Shown: positions 41,712 through 56,884 of the stretch, in pieces
Numbering within the stretch: position 1 is the first letter of the stretch
Layout of the letters: each line of letters begins with the position of its first letter
Assembly: GCA_964016885.1 (NCBI GenBank)
Contig: OZ024751.1
Location: 33,170,001 to 33,234,000 of the forward strand
DNA from: Eledone cirrhosa
Lineage: Eukaryota
DNA length: 64,000 nucleotides
Reading direction: 5' to 3'
The notes under the pieces: model-generated
The model's input: only the letters and a program-made list of their open reading frames with translations
What the model was told of the DNA's origin: nothing
Databases searched by the model: none
Program-made: the position numbers and the translations under genes

Positions 41712-43460
41712 TAAAAAATCACTGGAAGCTGGAGAAGTTAATATTAATTGTGGAATGTTTCAGGGTGACTCTTTATCACCGCTTTTATTCTGCATCGCAC
41801 TTATACCATTAAGTAAAACTATTTACAAAAAATGATGAACAATTGCAAGGGCTATTATCCACTGTGGAGCAGTTCAGTGATGACATTAAAATGGAGTTTG
41901 GACTAGATAAATGCGCCAAAGCAATGTTCACCAGAGGAAATCTACTGAAAAGTTCAGACAGTAATCTTGATCGGGGGGAATGTGATAAGAGAACTTGATC
42001 AAGAGGAAACGTACAAATATCTAGGTGTTTGTGAAGGAGACGGAATCAAGCACTCGACAATGAAGGAAAGGATAAGGAAGGAATGTTACCGCAGAGTAAG
42101 TGCAATCTTAAGAACGGAATTGAATGCAAGGAATAGGATCGATGCCATAAACACGCTTGCCATACCAGTAATAACCTACAGTTACAATGTCATCAATTAG
42201 TCAAGCACAGAGATCCGTAGGCTCGATACAAAAATTAGAAAATTCTTAACCATGCACAGAATGCATCACCCTAAGGCAGATACAGATAGGATATATCTCC
42301 CTAGGAAAGAAGGAGGACGTAGGTTAATCCAGTTATATATTGCGTTGAAAACTGCAACAATCGGATTATCTACATACCTAAGGGAATCACATGATTGGAT
42401 GATCAAACTTGTTTACAAAAGATGCACAAAGATACAGTAATGGACTACAAATTTCAGAAGTCCCATTTACTGCTGAAATGGAAAACACAGAAAAAGCAAA
42501 GCAGGTAAAAGTAACTGCAAAGAAAGAACTGCTACAGAAACTGGCTAAGAAATGGCAAGAAAAGCCTCTGTATGGAAAATACCCAGAAAGAGCTAACAAT
42601 CCTGATGTTGACAAAACTTTAACCCATCAGTGGTTGGCATCCTCTGGACTGAAATCGGAGACTGAAGGACTGATTATATCAGCACAAGATCAGTGTCTGC
42701 CAACAAAAAATTACCAAGCCAACAATAAAAAATGGATGCAACCCATTATGCCGTGTATGTAAAAAACAACCAGAGATCATTGATCATATAATGTGCAGTC
42801 CTATAGCTCCAACCGAATACCTAAACAGGCATGACAGAGCTGCACAATACATACATTGGATAATGTGTAAGCATTTTGACCTGCCCCATCAAAAGAATTG
42901 GTGGGAGCATCAACCACCTTCCATACTTGAAAAAGATCACATCTCAATCTTGTGGAACTTTAGCATCCAAACAGACCGAAAAATAGATGCAAATAGACCT
43001 GATATAATACTGAAGGACTTTAAAAAGAGGGTATGCCTGCTAATTGATATGTCCGTTCCAAAAGACAAGAATGTATCTATAAAAACATTTGAAAAATTGA
43101 GCAAGTATAAGGACCTGGAGATAGACATTGGAAAAATGTGGAAATTGAGAACTAAAACAATACCAGTGGTTGTAGGCGCTCTAGGAATAATACCTAAGGG
43201 GTCTAATGATTACTTATCGCAAATCCCAGGAAACCCGCGTATAGGAGAAATACAAAAGATAGTACTAATGGGAACTGCCAACATACTAAGGAAGATTCTG
43301 TCAATATAAGTACATCACAAGTCTAAACACCTAAAGATGCATGTGTGAGTATGTATGTTCTTTCTTGAACATGGCGGACCTTGTTGTCTCTTGAGGTCAC
43401 CGGTTGTGACTTGGTGATAACTCGTATGAACATGAAGCAAAATAAATGCAACTATAATAA
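41712..43460 (+). mobile_element. 5'-truncated, frameshifted R4/Dong-clade non-LTR retrotransposon (element 2)
   Basis: RT motifs GMFQGDSLSPLLF, FSDDIKMEFGLDKCAK and YKYLG; HPKAD..R.YLPRKEGGR; ETEGLIISAQDQ; RHD; RPD..D...K; VVVGALG. Several frameshifts and stops; ends in taataataa. Confidence 0.92.
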
Positions 43461-43616
43461 TAACGTGCAAAGAATGTCTGACTATTGAACAAGCGAAAGT
43501 AAATATCCATAAGTGAAAGAAATAGAAATCTGATAAAATTCGATAATGAAATATTATTGTGGAGGCATTATGGCTACAAAGAAATAAAAAAAAAACATAT
43601 ATATATGTGTGTGTGT

Positions 43617-43683
<67 letters not shown>

Positions 43684-43841
43684 TGTGTGTGTGTGTGTGT
43701 GTGTCTGTGTGGGCGTCTGTGTGGGCGTCTGTGTGGATGTCTGTGTATATGTATTTAACAAAATTGTGATTAACGATACATGAATATATATAAATATGTA
43801 ATTTTATATATTTTTATGTATATATATATGTGTGTGTGTCG

Positions 43842-43904
<63 letters not shown>

Positions 43905-44240
43905 CTATAGACAAAAATATATTTATGTGATTTTTTTTATGGTTCAGTAAAGTTGTATTATTATGTGTAAAAATCGATATCTCCCTAAACAACAAGGCTT
44001 TACACAGGTTGTTATTCTGATAGCTAAGTCTGGATTCCTTAACGTTTATGACATGATATATACATCTCCTGCTGTAGAGAAGACTGAAAATACAACTTTT
44101 AACGCTGTATGTTGTTCTCGGTATGGTTAACTAACTGTTGCGTTACCACTTTTACCTACTCGCCCCATGGACTGAGTGCCCTACCACTGCGGATATTACC
44201 TTCCAGTGTTCTAGCTCTCTCTCTCTCTCTCTCTCTCTCC

Positions 44241-44315
<75 letters not shown>

Positions 44316-45299
44316 TAATGACGAGACAGACATTACATAATCGTGTTTATTATTGGATTATACGTATTTCAGTAACACCTGTGTGACGATCATTACAACA
44401 CCTGTTATACGATCATTCAACAGCAACCGGCAGTGGTGTGAAATCATCAAACATTAACACAATTATGTGACTGCGTCAATATGGTGCAGGCAAAAGCTTC
44501 TAATATCAACCAACTCATTACACTTCAACACAAACCTACAAACAAAATGTCTTCATTAAACCAGTCATTTCTGATGCAAAATACTAAAAAATGGAAAAAG
44601 AAATAAAACAATTTAATAAACATTTACAGAATCCTCATCAACATCGTTTGACTTCATTGGCTTCCGCTTTGAATGAACCTAACACTATATTAAAAACAGT
44701 GACAGGAAACTATACATACAAATTACTATTGTAAGACAAATATGTAATCGAGAAAAATATATTGAGCACTCTCTGTAGTATAGTTAAGTTAATTATCGTC
44801 TATCTTGCCATGACCTTAACTGTTCACCTATAAACATTACTTAAACTCTAATTGGTTATCTTGATCCAACTAAACTTGATCCACCACCAGCTATAAACTC
44901 TATATAAACAGCTAATAATCTATCACGGAATGTACTAAACAATACAGACACCGCAATAGAAATAAGTAATAAATGCTTCTAAAGACGACATTACAAGACG
45001 TGATAGATGAGACTGTATCTGAAGTTTCTGAGACATTAATCAATAATTAAATTAAACAACATGATGACAGAATACACAGTACTTAACCCACTAGAAGGGT
45101 GATTAAACCCAAGTAGATATCATATGTAGATATGTCCTGATACTATCGCTAACTCCCCGACAATAACATGTAGTAAATTTAACGCGTTCATTTCTTCCTT
45201 GAATTCATCTAATGGTTTCTTCCGAATGAACTTGTGTAATGTTGCTCGATAGGGGACGTAACTCAGATAGAACTCTTACGTCTCTGAATTGAGAAATCA

Positions 45300-45560
45300 C
45301 AACTCCGGTACTATGGACATGTTATAATCGCGGAGCAAAATATCTCTGCACAGTTTTATGGGCAACACCACCCGTCAGGAGATCCAGAGGGAGACTACGA
45401 GCAAGATTCTTGGATATCATCCTTGTGTTCAGATGGTTTCGCTTGAGAACCCAACCAGATCAGTTGGAGATGGCTGCTCCTGACAGGACACGGTGGAAAG
45501 CGTGCTTGCGTTATCTGGCCCTACGACCCTCTCGCGTATATGTAGGCAAAGAAGAGAAAA
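45300..45560 (+). mobile_element. Degenerate RTE-like LINE 3' fragment
   Basis: LEMAAPDRTRWK resembles the A.DR..W terminal motif, preceded by a degenerate RGR-like segment. Confidence 0.4.
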
Positions 45561-45668
45561 TAAAGACTGGGTCGTTAACTGGACATACAATAGGTAATCA
45601 AATACATTCTCATGATTTTAAAGAAAGTATTATCCACATTACATTTATTCTGTTCATATTTATTCTAT

Positions 45669-45711
<43 letters not shown>

Positions 45712-45773
45712 CAAACATACATATATATATATATATACATCCATCCATATATAATATACATATATGTATTATC

Positions 45774-45923
<150 letters not shown>

Positions 45924-46604
45924 TGTGTGTGTGTGTGTGTGTGTAATTTATTTACCGCGTGTATATCGACATTTCAGTGTTTTATCTAAACTTATTTGGA
46001 GGCATTTTAACACTTTATCTATAATTCTGGTAGCAATATAAGCATAGACAGCCAGAAAAACATTTCTATATGTGGTATATCCAAGTTCTAGAGAAGAAGA
46101 TATGGAATTGGTAGAGCTAACATTTTAATCAATATTTCTCTTTATATATTTTATTCTACTTTTTTACTTTTCTTCTTACACAATATAAGTTTGAGTTGAT
46201 TAAGAGCAGGAAAGGCAGAGAAGATTTATGCTTCTATCTCCGTCTGTAAAACATATCATCAATCAAATGTGTGGCACATGTCTAGAAGTAAATTCTTTGT
46301 AAAAACTTCATAGTTTTTATCCTGGTCTTTGGATTTTGCGATCTCTTCCTCCGAAATTCTCCTCTTGTGTTGATCTGTTAACGCGACCATAGATCCATAT
46401 GTAGTTATAAGACACACTTCATGACACTCTGTCACTTTGTATTGGTAGATCGTGTCAATTGGCCTGTCCATTATAAAAACAAAACAGTGGAATTCAATTT
46501 CCATTGTAGGTGAAGGGTAAACCGCGCCTCAAACTTGCGAAGCTACAAAATGTTCACAAAGTTAGTTTGCAGTGAATATATGCTGCTATTATTGAAACTG
46601 GGTA

Positions 46605-46700
46605 GGGCAGTGGATTTTTAGTATCCGTACAGTGTCGGAAAATATGCTTTACAGCATAGAGTTACGGTCCTTTACGTTCTGAGTTCAAATCCAACCTAAA
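46605..46700 (+). mobile_element. SINE family 1 head fragment
   Basis: 'atgctttacagcatagagttacggtcctttacgttctgagttcaaatcc' matches the heads at 19.4k, 40.8k and 51.0k. Confidence 0.7.
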
Positions 46701-47488
46701 TCAGAAATCATCATTGAAATCGTTTACTATAGAAGACACATGTAATGTGTAAATAGAGTGTAAGTAACGGATACTTTATATGGCTAGAGTTAAAGTGTGT
46801 TTGGTCGGTGTGTTTGCTAGTTGTCTCTCTGTTTGAAAAGAGCAAATATGTTTTGAAATGCAAAGACGTAGTAAAGTTCTGGCTTTTTATGTTGAGATAA
46901 CTCATTAGATGGTAATCACTGGAGAATTCTAGATAATTTTTTATATTTCTTACACGTGCGAAGTCGGTATCTCTTAGCTCCGTTGATGGGCCTCGTACTT
47001 ATTCGACTTAATGTTACATCCCTGCTCCAGTGGACATGTATTACATTTTTCTACACAGACATTCATAGTCAGCGTTTGGTTTAGGTACAACAAGGGTAAG
47101 GAAATGAATGGAAGGGTTACATGAGTTGCTGAGATTCTAATAATGTGGAGTATTTGAACAAAGAGCAAAGAGTTTAGGGTCTTGGCTGATGATCTACATT
47201 AAATCTTTACTTTATTTATTGACCACAAATCGATGAAAAGTAAAGTTAACCTCTGCGTCGACACAAATATCACACGGCATTTCATATATGGATATGTAAG
47301 CAATAGTTTAAACATACACACAAACTCCTACACAGATAGACATATACATTATATATACACTTATATATATATTATATATATATATAATTGGGTTTTTGTT
47401 CGATACTACAACATGAAAAAGAATTCGTCATTGAAAAACGTGTAGAGAATAATGGTTAAAATTATATTTTACAAAGAACACCTATAAT

Positions 47489-47603
<115 letters not shown>

Positions 47604-48118
47604 AAGAGAAAGAGGGAAATAGACAGAAATATATATTTATGCATATAATCATAGTATAGGTTTATTCCATATATCAGAAGGTCCGTGTATTCATATACCT
47701 TATACAGTTACTACCCGAATGATCATGAATCATCGGTGTGTTTACATAGCAAACAATTTGTTTTGACACTCCATTATGGCAGCCTTTGTTGGCTACATGG
47801 ATCTGGTGACAAATGTGCATAGAAAGATCTTTGTGAAACATTCTCATTCAGAGAGATACAAAAATATCTGTCTCAGCGTGTCTATGTCATTATAATATAT
47901 GCACAGTTTCCAGCAGACAGAATATGAAATTAGAATAATACATGTAATTATGCTTACACAGGTTTCTAAACCACAATATGCTTAATACATAGTCAAGTAG
48001 GCAGACAGGCTGGCACAGAAAAAACCGAGACACACAGACAAGTATTTGTGGTTTAATACAGATGCAATATACATACATATATATATATATATATTTCTGT
48101 ACCTTTGCATATTCTATA

Positions 48119-48189
<71 letters not shown>

Positions 48190-49083
48190 ACATGCATATA
48201 ATATGCAAAGGTACGGAAATGCCGGAGCACGCAAGCAAGCATTTATACAATAATATGCACACGTGCACATTATAGTGAAATAGTGCAGATACGCAATATA
48301 CATACCCATATAATACACACAACGATAACATGCTTACACGTATATAATATATAGCCCTGCACACAAAACATTAATTAAATGGAATTACACAAGGAAATGT
48401 AGACGGCTGGAGGCAATAAATTTGGTGGCATGAATGAGATGTTTCAAGGAGTGGCTGTAGTTAGAGTAACAACTTACGTTGAATAATGTTTTTCGAGATA
48501 TTTTAGCATATTAGCTGCTGTAAGATAGATATAGGTTAACGAAGGCGTTCTCTATTTTCCATAAACATTTACCTACACGAGGTTTTCTCCTTTCTTACTC
48601 ATAATTCATAACGCTGTCTTAAATATGCTCAGACATAAGGCTATCACGTAACGGTAGTTACACTTTAGGTTTAAGACTGTTAAACATCTAGCTAAACCCC
48701 TGTATAATTTCTTTGTATGGTATTTTACGAGAGCCTTGTCAAGTAAGCAACATTTTGAGAGAGTAGGAAAGCAATCACGATTCCTGATAATCATGTTTTC
48801 ATATAATTGTTAGTGTTATCTATAAATTACTGTAGACTGTTATTTCTGTAGAAATTAAAATATTTTCGTCTCTAGGCTCTGTAATGTCACCAAATCTGTG
48901 ACAGAAAGTATTTCTTAGAATTAAAGGTGACTCATCACTTATATAAGTAAGTATATATAATTAGCTGCGTATGTCTAGGTGTATATATCTAGATGCATAT
49001 ATATCTATCTACCTATCTATCTATCAATCTATCTATCTATCTATCTATCTGTCTGTCTGTCTCTCTCTCATTCTCTCTCTCTT

Positions 49084-49114
<31 letters not shown>

Positions 49115-49122
49115 TTAATATA

Positions 49123-49235
49123 CTTTGTGGTATTCTTTCCGTTTCTGCTCTCTGAGTTCAAATCGCGCCGAGGTAAACTTTGCCTTTCATTCGTTCGAGT
49201 TCGATAAAAATAGGGACCAGTCTGGTACTGTTGTC
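49123..49235 (+). mobile_element. SINE family 1-related fragment
   Basis: 'ctgagttcaaatcgcgccgaggtaaactttgcctttcattcgttcgagttcgataaaa'. Confidence 0.65.
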
Positions 49236-50874
49236 GATTCTTCGTCTCTATCTCACTTTATTTTTCTTACTTCTTTTCTTTTTCTCTGGTAGAAGTCTTG
49301 CTGTATTCAGACCTGAAGAGAGATGGGCTCCGTTAGGTTTAAGATATCCTAGCAACACGGAATATCACTACGGCTCCCCCACGACTCCATCATGAGTTAT
49401 ATGACCATTCATGTATAAGTACCAGATATTAATTCTTATCTAAGTAACTTATTACTTCCAAAGAAAGAGAGGAAGCCACATAATTGTACTGTACACAGAG
49501 CTGGCTGGAAAATCTACACCAAAACCCGCACCAGTACTAAAACGGTACACACACCCCTAACCTATTACGTTGTGTAATACTCTCACTTTACGGTATACAC
49601 AGCTCTCTTTTTTACTCTAACTACAGCGTCTCTTTCCACAAACTCCGAATTAAACTCTTCACTCAAACATTTAAGACATAACAGCAAACCCTAAAAGTTA
49701 CTACTTCCTGCCTATATCATTCCAACTGGCATCAACTTACGTAAATTCAAGCTAAACATCAATCATGTCGACCTTACCATCGTAAAAGGGCTTGTAAAGG
49801 TCAAAAGGATAGTCCCTCCACATTGAACTAAAATGTAATTATCTGATAATCTTGCAATAAAACCGATAACGTGATATTAGTTTTCAACTGATGCATAAAC
49901 TTTGAAAAGCATTTAAGTTAGAAATATGGGGCAATAATACTTTCAGTGAATTGCTGAATGGTGAGAGAAAGGACTACAGGAATTGCATGTAAAATAAAAC
50001 TAAAAGAAGAAATACTACAACAAACTCTGGTGGTTGTTTTAGTAGTTTGTTAAAATGATTACAGCAAACTATTGAGGGAACTAGATTTGTGAGATGGCAA
50101 ACAATTAGCAACGAAACTGACCAATTCAGCTCATATTCCACATGCAACCATTGAGACTATAAATACTAAAACCTTTTAGTATCTCTTTTACTAATGTTGT
50201 TAGTATCACTATTGTTTTATGTGCGACATTAAGCTTATTTTATTGTTTTATTGCCGTGATCTCTAGGGATAAAGAATTCTAATGATTTTGAATAAGTTTA
50301 TAATGGTTTGTTTTTAACTCAGTAGAAAGTTTTTCTTTTTTCTGATTTTTTTTTTTTCAGAAATGATGCTGGTTGAGTGGTTAAGAGAGTAAACCCATTT
50401 ATTTCTGGGGTAAACATTATATTCTTTGACATAACCGATGCTTGTAAATTAGTTAGTGTAGAAAGCTGCTCGTTCAATGACATTAGCGTAATCCAATACC
50501 AAAATGGCGGCCATTTGATTTCGATTACGAAAATGACTCATAATATTATTCGGCAAGGTTGGCATAATGGTGATGACAGTAGCAAGACTGGTGAGGGTAA
50601 ATTTCCTTGACCTTACGTCCTAACATACCCTCGTAATCATACGATTCCTTCAAGGGATCAAACAGCAGGGCATCCTATTTATACGTAAAATCGAATCATT
50701 TACCCGACGGAGTTAAACATGTAACAACGCATAAGCAGGAAAATAAATTGCTTATTCTGAGCCTGAGACAGGGTTGTAATCAACCTCTATCACACATCCA
50801 TCACTGGTTTAAAAGCTCTAACAACACATCTCTAACAAATAATAGAAAGAAAACGCAATATAGTTCAATATAAC

Positions 50875-51070
50875 ATTTTTGATTTAGCCACAAGGCCTAA
50901 GTTTTTTTTTTTTCAGGGCGGAAGTTGATGAAATCAACCCCAGTACATCAATGGGGCTTTATTTATCGACCCCGTAAGGATGAAAGGCAAAGCTAACCTC
51001 GGCGGGATTTCAACTCAGAACGTAAAGGGCCGTAACTCTATGCCGCTAAGCATGTTATCCGACACCCTGC
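50875..51070 (-). mobile_element. tRNA-derived SINE (family 1)
   Basis: 'atcgaccccgtaaggatgaaaggcaaagctaacctcggcgggatttcaactcagaacgtaaagggccgtaactctatgccgctaagcat'. Confidence 0.85.
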
Positions 51071-51209
51071 AGATACTAGACATAACACACAAACGTATGA
51101 ATATAAAGACTAACGGCAGATATTATGTCTATGAGAGAGTAAGAGACAATATATTTCCTGTGTTTATTTTAAGTTTTTATATATATATATATATGAATTG
51201 ATGTGAGTA

Positions 51210-51246
<37 letters not shown>

Positions 51247-51293
51247 GAACTGATGTGAGTATATATATATATATATGTATGAATTGATGTGAG

Positions 51294-51341
<48 letters not shown>

Positions 51342-52243
51342 AATTGATGTGAGTATATATATATATAGTTAACTTCAGTTTAATTATTAGTTAAGTAACT
51401 AATCCCTTTTCCGTTAGTTTAGTAATTAGATGCTTGTTTGATTGTCATATTTAATTGTCAAAGCTCCTTCGTAATGCACTCAGTGACCTTCTAAATTGCT
51501 ACTATTAGCAACATTAGTAGAATTAGTAGCCAAGTAAATGTCTTTATGGAGATTGTTAACGCACATGGGTTGATAACGTTATTATAAAAACTTATGCTGA
51601 TATGGCGCTTTTGTCATAACATTGGCAATAGCTTGTGGCGTGGTCGAAGTGCATTGATTTATACAAATAATCGCACTATTATACATTCTCGTTAACACTG
51701 CTATACACCTGCATTTAAGGGTCTATAGACATTCCTATATAATAGTGTACACACACAATATTTCTATAACTGCTTATAATTTCTTGTGACTATCCGACCG
51801 TTTCAGCCTAATATCTACACCATTCTCCTCTACTTAGAAACAATGTTTCCCCAACTTGTATATTTTCACCTTCTATTACTATCACTACCTCTGGCTATAT
51901 TTTAATCACAACACGCTCAACACTCTCTTGTCAGCAATGATAAATCCTTGAAGCCACGAACATTGGATTTCTTCGTTTCATCCAGGTAACGAAATATATT
52001 TAAACAATTGCATTCTCTCTCGGGTTATTTCGGACGAAATTTCCTCCTATTTTGTAGTTCAACTTTATATAGTCTTAGAAATACTTCTGTTCATACGTCT
52101 GCTCCGTTAAAGCTAATCTGAAGGCTAAATAACAAATACATATCTGTAATGAGATATGAACTCAGTATTATTCAGCTGATCATCTCGAATCCCTATCTTC
52201 CTGATTACTATTATAAATGTAAATACTTAACCACTTTAATAAT

Positions 52244-52390
52244 AGGCGCATGGCTTAGTGGTTAGAGCGAGCACTGGGCTTTCAATTGAAAGGTTGTGAT
52301 TTCAATTCTCGGACCGGGTGATGTGTTGTTTCCTTGAGCAAGACACTTTATTTCACGTTGCTCCAGTTTACTCAGCTGTAGAAATGAGAT
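52244..52390 (+). mobile_element. tRNA-derived SINE (family 2)
   Basis: A-box 'tggcttagtggttagagc', B-box-like 'gatttcaattctcgg', then 'tccttgagcaagacactttatttcacgttgctccagt'. Confidence 0.75.
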
Positions 52391-52977
52391 GATAGGACCT
52401 TGGAGGAGGCCAGCTAAACCTGCATAGGTGTGAGCTGTCACACACACACACACTTCAATAATAAACCATGTCGTTTTATTAGATGTTGTAAAGTCAACCG
52501 CTTGTCACAGTTTATTATAAACGTAAGATGTAGGTGTCCGTAAGATGTCCGCCGGAGCTGTAGAGAGAGAAGAATATGTTAGTTGAATTCGGTTACTTGT
52601 CATATTTCAATAGGCAGATAACCGGGTGGCAACGCTTCCCTGTAACATCTCCTCTCAGATGTAGGTAACTGTTACAACTAGGTCTTAGCATGAATGAAGA
52701 ACACTCTCCTTCGATGTTAACATGTTTATTAATTCGTTATAATCACAGAAACTATTGCCATATGAAACTTGAAGTGCTACTTAGAATATGGATAGTAAAT
52801 GACTGGGAGGCAGTAAATATTATTACAAGTAAGGAATATATCTGTTATGTAAATGTGTCACATGTAATCAGTGATATTAGCAAATATCTCTTAAATAATC
52901 AGAAATTATCAAATATTAATCCTCTTAAAAAGAAAATTATATTTACGTATTATATAGATTCTGGCAATATATATATC

Positions 52978-53387
52978 GTAGTGTGTTAGTACAGTACTAT
53001 ATGTTGTAGTGTGTGTGTGTACAGTACTATATGTTGTAGCGTGTTAGTACAGTACTATGTATTGTAGCGTGTTAGTACAGTACTATATATTGTAGTGTGT
53101 TAGTACAGTACTATATATTGTAGTGTGTTAGTACAGTACTATATATTGTAGTGTGTTAGTACAGTACTATGTATTGTAACGTGTTAGTACAGTACTATGT
53201 ATTGTAGTGTGTTAGTACAGTACTATATATTGTAGTGTGTTAGTACAGTACTATATATTGTAGCGTGTTAGTACACTACTATGTATTGTAGTGTGTTAGT
53301 ACAGTACTATATATTGTAGTGTGTTAGTACAGTACTATATATTGTAGTGTGTTAGTACAGTACTATATATTGTAGTGTGTTAGTACA
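52978..53387 (+). repeat. 28-bp minisatellite, ~14 copies
   Basis: Unit tgtagtgtgttagtacagtactatatat with minor variants. Confidence 0.95.
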
Positions 53388-54342
53388 TCATTATTGATTA
53401 TCATCTCCATGAAGGAAATAGACGTCCATATTATCATGTGAACCTCATAAGACTCTATAATGATTGTAACAAAGGAATAAGTAATACTTCCTCCATCTCT
53501 ATCTCCCTATCTCTTTCTTTGTGTATTTTATACACCGGCTTAATTAATCAAACGTCTCTAATCTTATTAACCCTATTTTAAGGGTTACATAATCGTATTT
53601 ATTATTGCTAAGTAATTAGAAAACATCAGCTTAGCATTATAAAGTGTGAAATTTATTCTTGATACAGTGTCTGATATAGTTATTGGAATCTCGCCTGAAA
53701 ATCAGAACAAATGTACATTTAAGTTATCGATATTAATTTGTAACCTTTCAAGAAGGCAATTCCTGCAAAATCACATTTTCTTTATTATATTTCGTCTAAA
53801 TATAATTCTCCCACGTACCTACCTATCTATCTAATCCTCTTCTGTCTTATCTCACACAGACACACAGATATACATGTGTGTATATATGTTAGTGCGATTT
53901 ACTTTTGTATACACTCCTTCTTAATTCATGTGTGTATTCATGTGTGTAGCATTTAGAGCTAACATAAGTTAATAGTATATTTTTATATTTAGAAATGATA
54001 CACGACAGTTAAATGGCGCAATCGAAGGAATGACACCCAAGGAAAGGATGTGGTAAATATAATAGATAGCAACTCTCAAGTTAAAAGCGGTGACAAGAAT
54101 ATATAAATGAATATAATTTTCAAAGATATTCTCTCCTAGAGTTACAACTTCTATACTACTTATGAGGACTTTACATCATCTCAAATAGGAAACACTTCGT
54201 AAAAACATACAATAAAAAAACAACAACAAAAAAATACAAAAGAAAAACAAATGATATATTTCGTGATCCTTACAACAAATCTATAGACTTCAGATTAACA
54301 ACTGGAACTTTAACGACTGTTGCTAGTAACATTGTATTAAAA

Positions 54343-54445
54343 TTGTTTCTACTTTATCACAAGGCCAGCAATTTGAAGGGGAGGAGAAAGTCCATTACAT
54401 CGACCACAGTGCACTTCTGGGGCTTTATTTATCGACCCCATAAGT
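54343..54445 (-). mobile_element. SINE family 1 3' fragment
   Basis: 'ttgtttctactttatcacaaggccagcaattt...ttttatcgacccc' matches the 3' half of the 40.7k copy. Confidence 0.7.
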
Positions 54446-54823
54446 ATTTTAAGAGCTCCATTCTTCAACCAATCTCACCTATATTAACCAGCAATTTCAG
54501 TGTGAACATGTGAAATTGTTTATGTTACCTTTTGTTGAGTAATGCTTCTTTATGTCCTTTTTCATGTACTTGTTTTGGTTTCTCCTTCCCTGCTTTCAAT
54601 ATGTCCCCTTCTCTTATTCCTACTAGCGAGGATTCCTCAGATAGGGTTAGATATCTCCATAACCTCTCCCTCTCTGTTCAATATGTCCTCTTCTCTTTCT
54701 ACTACTAGCGAGGATTCCTCAGTTTTAGGTAGATATCACAGCAAACTCCCCTGTTCAATATATATTCAGTCTTCCACATTTATCAGTCCCCTTCCTCCAT
54801 TTGCACCTGGATGATGGGCTCCC

Positions 54824-54872
<49 letters not shown>

Positions 54873-54885
54873 TGTTATTATTATT

Positions 54886-55023
54886 CTTTGAGTCTCAGTC
54901 ATTGATGTTATTTAACTGGAAAGTTTGTTGAAATGAATATCAAGCCGCTACCTGCAGCCTCAGATATTCAGGACGTATCGGAGTGTTCTTGCTGTTTCTA
55001 GCAAGCATGCCTTTTGAAGTGTT
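54886..55023 (-). mobile_element. ~140-bp 3' end of the same R4/Dong family as element 1, ending in (TAA)n
   Basis: Reverse complement matches ~41565-41703 (TLQKACLL..RTLRYVLNI* plus 3' UTR 'gctgcaggtag.ggcttgatattcatttcaacaaactttccagtt'); abuts (tta)n at 54824-54885. Confidence 0.9.
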
Positions 55024-55053
55024 ACATTATTATCATCCTCCTCCTCCTCCTCC

Positions 55054-55156
<103 letters not shown>

Positions 55157-55399
55157 TTTCATAAAAATATTTTGCAATGTAAAAAATCCGTTATGAATTT
55201 GTGTAATATAAATCGAATAAGATAATGAAATTTAATTTTAACAGGAGGGAGAGTAAAAACTAACAAGAGATGGAATCGGCTTTTCTTGTGAAATGACATG
55301 GGATATTTTTCGAAAACATGATGAAACGAAAAAAGACTTCATTCACAGAGTTTAATCATATTTTTACCTCCAGCCACAGAAGACAATCAAACTTAAATC

Positions 55400-55474
<75 letters not shown>

Positions 55475-55564
55475 AAGACGAATTGTAAAACGATAGTTTC
55501 ATTGTTCTGTCATTTTTATTCGCATTATGTACCTGTGTGTGTGTGTGTGTGTGTGTGAGCCCAA

Positions 55565-55945
55565 TCCATACATACCTACACACACACATATATACCTACA
55601 TACACACATACAGATACCTACATGCACACATATATAACTACATACACACATATATACCTACACACACACATATATACCTACATACACACATATATACCTA
55701 CATACACACATACAGATACCTACACACACATATATACATACATACACACATATATACCTACATACACACATATATACCTACACACACACATATATACCTA
55801 CATACACACATATATACCTACATATACATATGCATACCAAGATACACACATACATAGCTACATACACATATATATATCTACATACACATATACATACCAA
55901 GATACACACATACATAGCTACATACACATATATATATACCTAGAC
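55565..55945 (+). repeat. ~20-bp degenerate minisatellite (tatatacctacatacacaca)
   Basis: Repeated unit visible directly. Confidence 0.85.
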
Positions 55946-56086
55946 ACACGTATATATATACTATGTGGGAAAATTCCGTGGTGAATTTTTTCTTTAGAAA
56001 CATTCGTGAATTATTAAGAATGTATTTTTGTTGACAATTATTTGTAATATTTTTGGAATGTTGCAGTTTATTGGCAACACAGCCAT

Positions 56087-56197
<111 letters not shown>

Positions 56198-56210
56198 GTA
56201 GTGAGAAGAA

Positions 56211-56242
<32 letters not shown>

Positions 56243-56817
56243 AGAAGACAGGGAAATGTTGGTGTTCGGGAAAAAGAGGCTAAGAATACAAGAGAGAGAG
56301 AGGGAAGAGAGGGATGGAGAGAGGGAGTGAAAGAATGGGAGAAAGAGTTAGAGAACGAGGTAAAGAAAAACCGAAAATAGGTGTTTTGCAGTTGAGACCT
56401 AAATTTTCGAATAGATTTTTTTCTTCATTAAATTTAACAGGCTGACACATACATGTATGCATGTATAGACATATAAACATATATATACGTATATATATAT
56501 ATACATGTTTACGTGCTTACACACTCACACACACACACATATATATATATATGTATATTATATATATATGTCTATCTATATATGTATTTTTTTAATATAT
56601 ATTTTATGTATATATATATATACACACATATATATATATATTATATTTATATATTCATATAAGAATGCATATAAGAATGTATTATGTAAATATACACACC
56701 AACATACATGTATATACATATGCGTGTGAATATATACACATATATATGTGCGTGCGTGCGTATAAATGGATATGAATATACGCATATATATATATATATA
56801 TTGCAAATTTTAATATT

Positions 56818-56884
<67 letters not shown>

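Noticed and set aside
46259-46504. 81-aa minus-strand ORF with a TYGS..LT...RRI segment
   Set aside because: At best a very decayed LINE remnant; too weak to annotate.
50340-50610. Strong polypyrimidine-CAG acceptor-like site and a 77-aa ORF
   Set aside because: No recognisable protein or matching exon chain; it cannot be called without transcript data.
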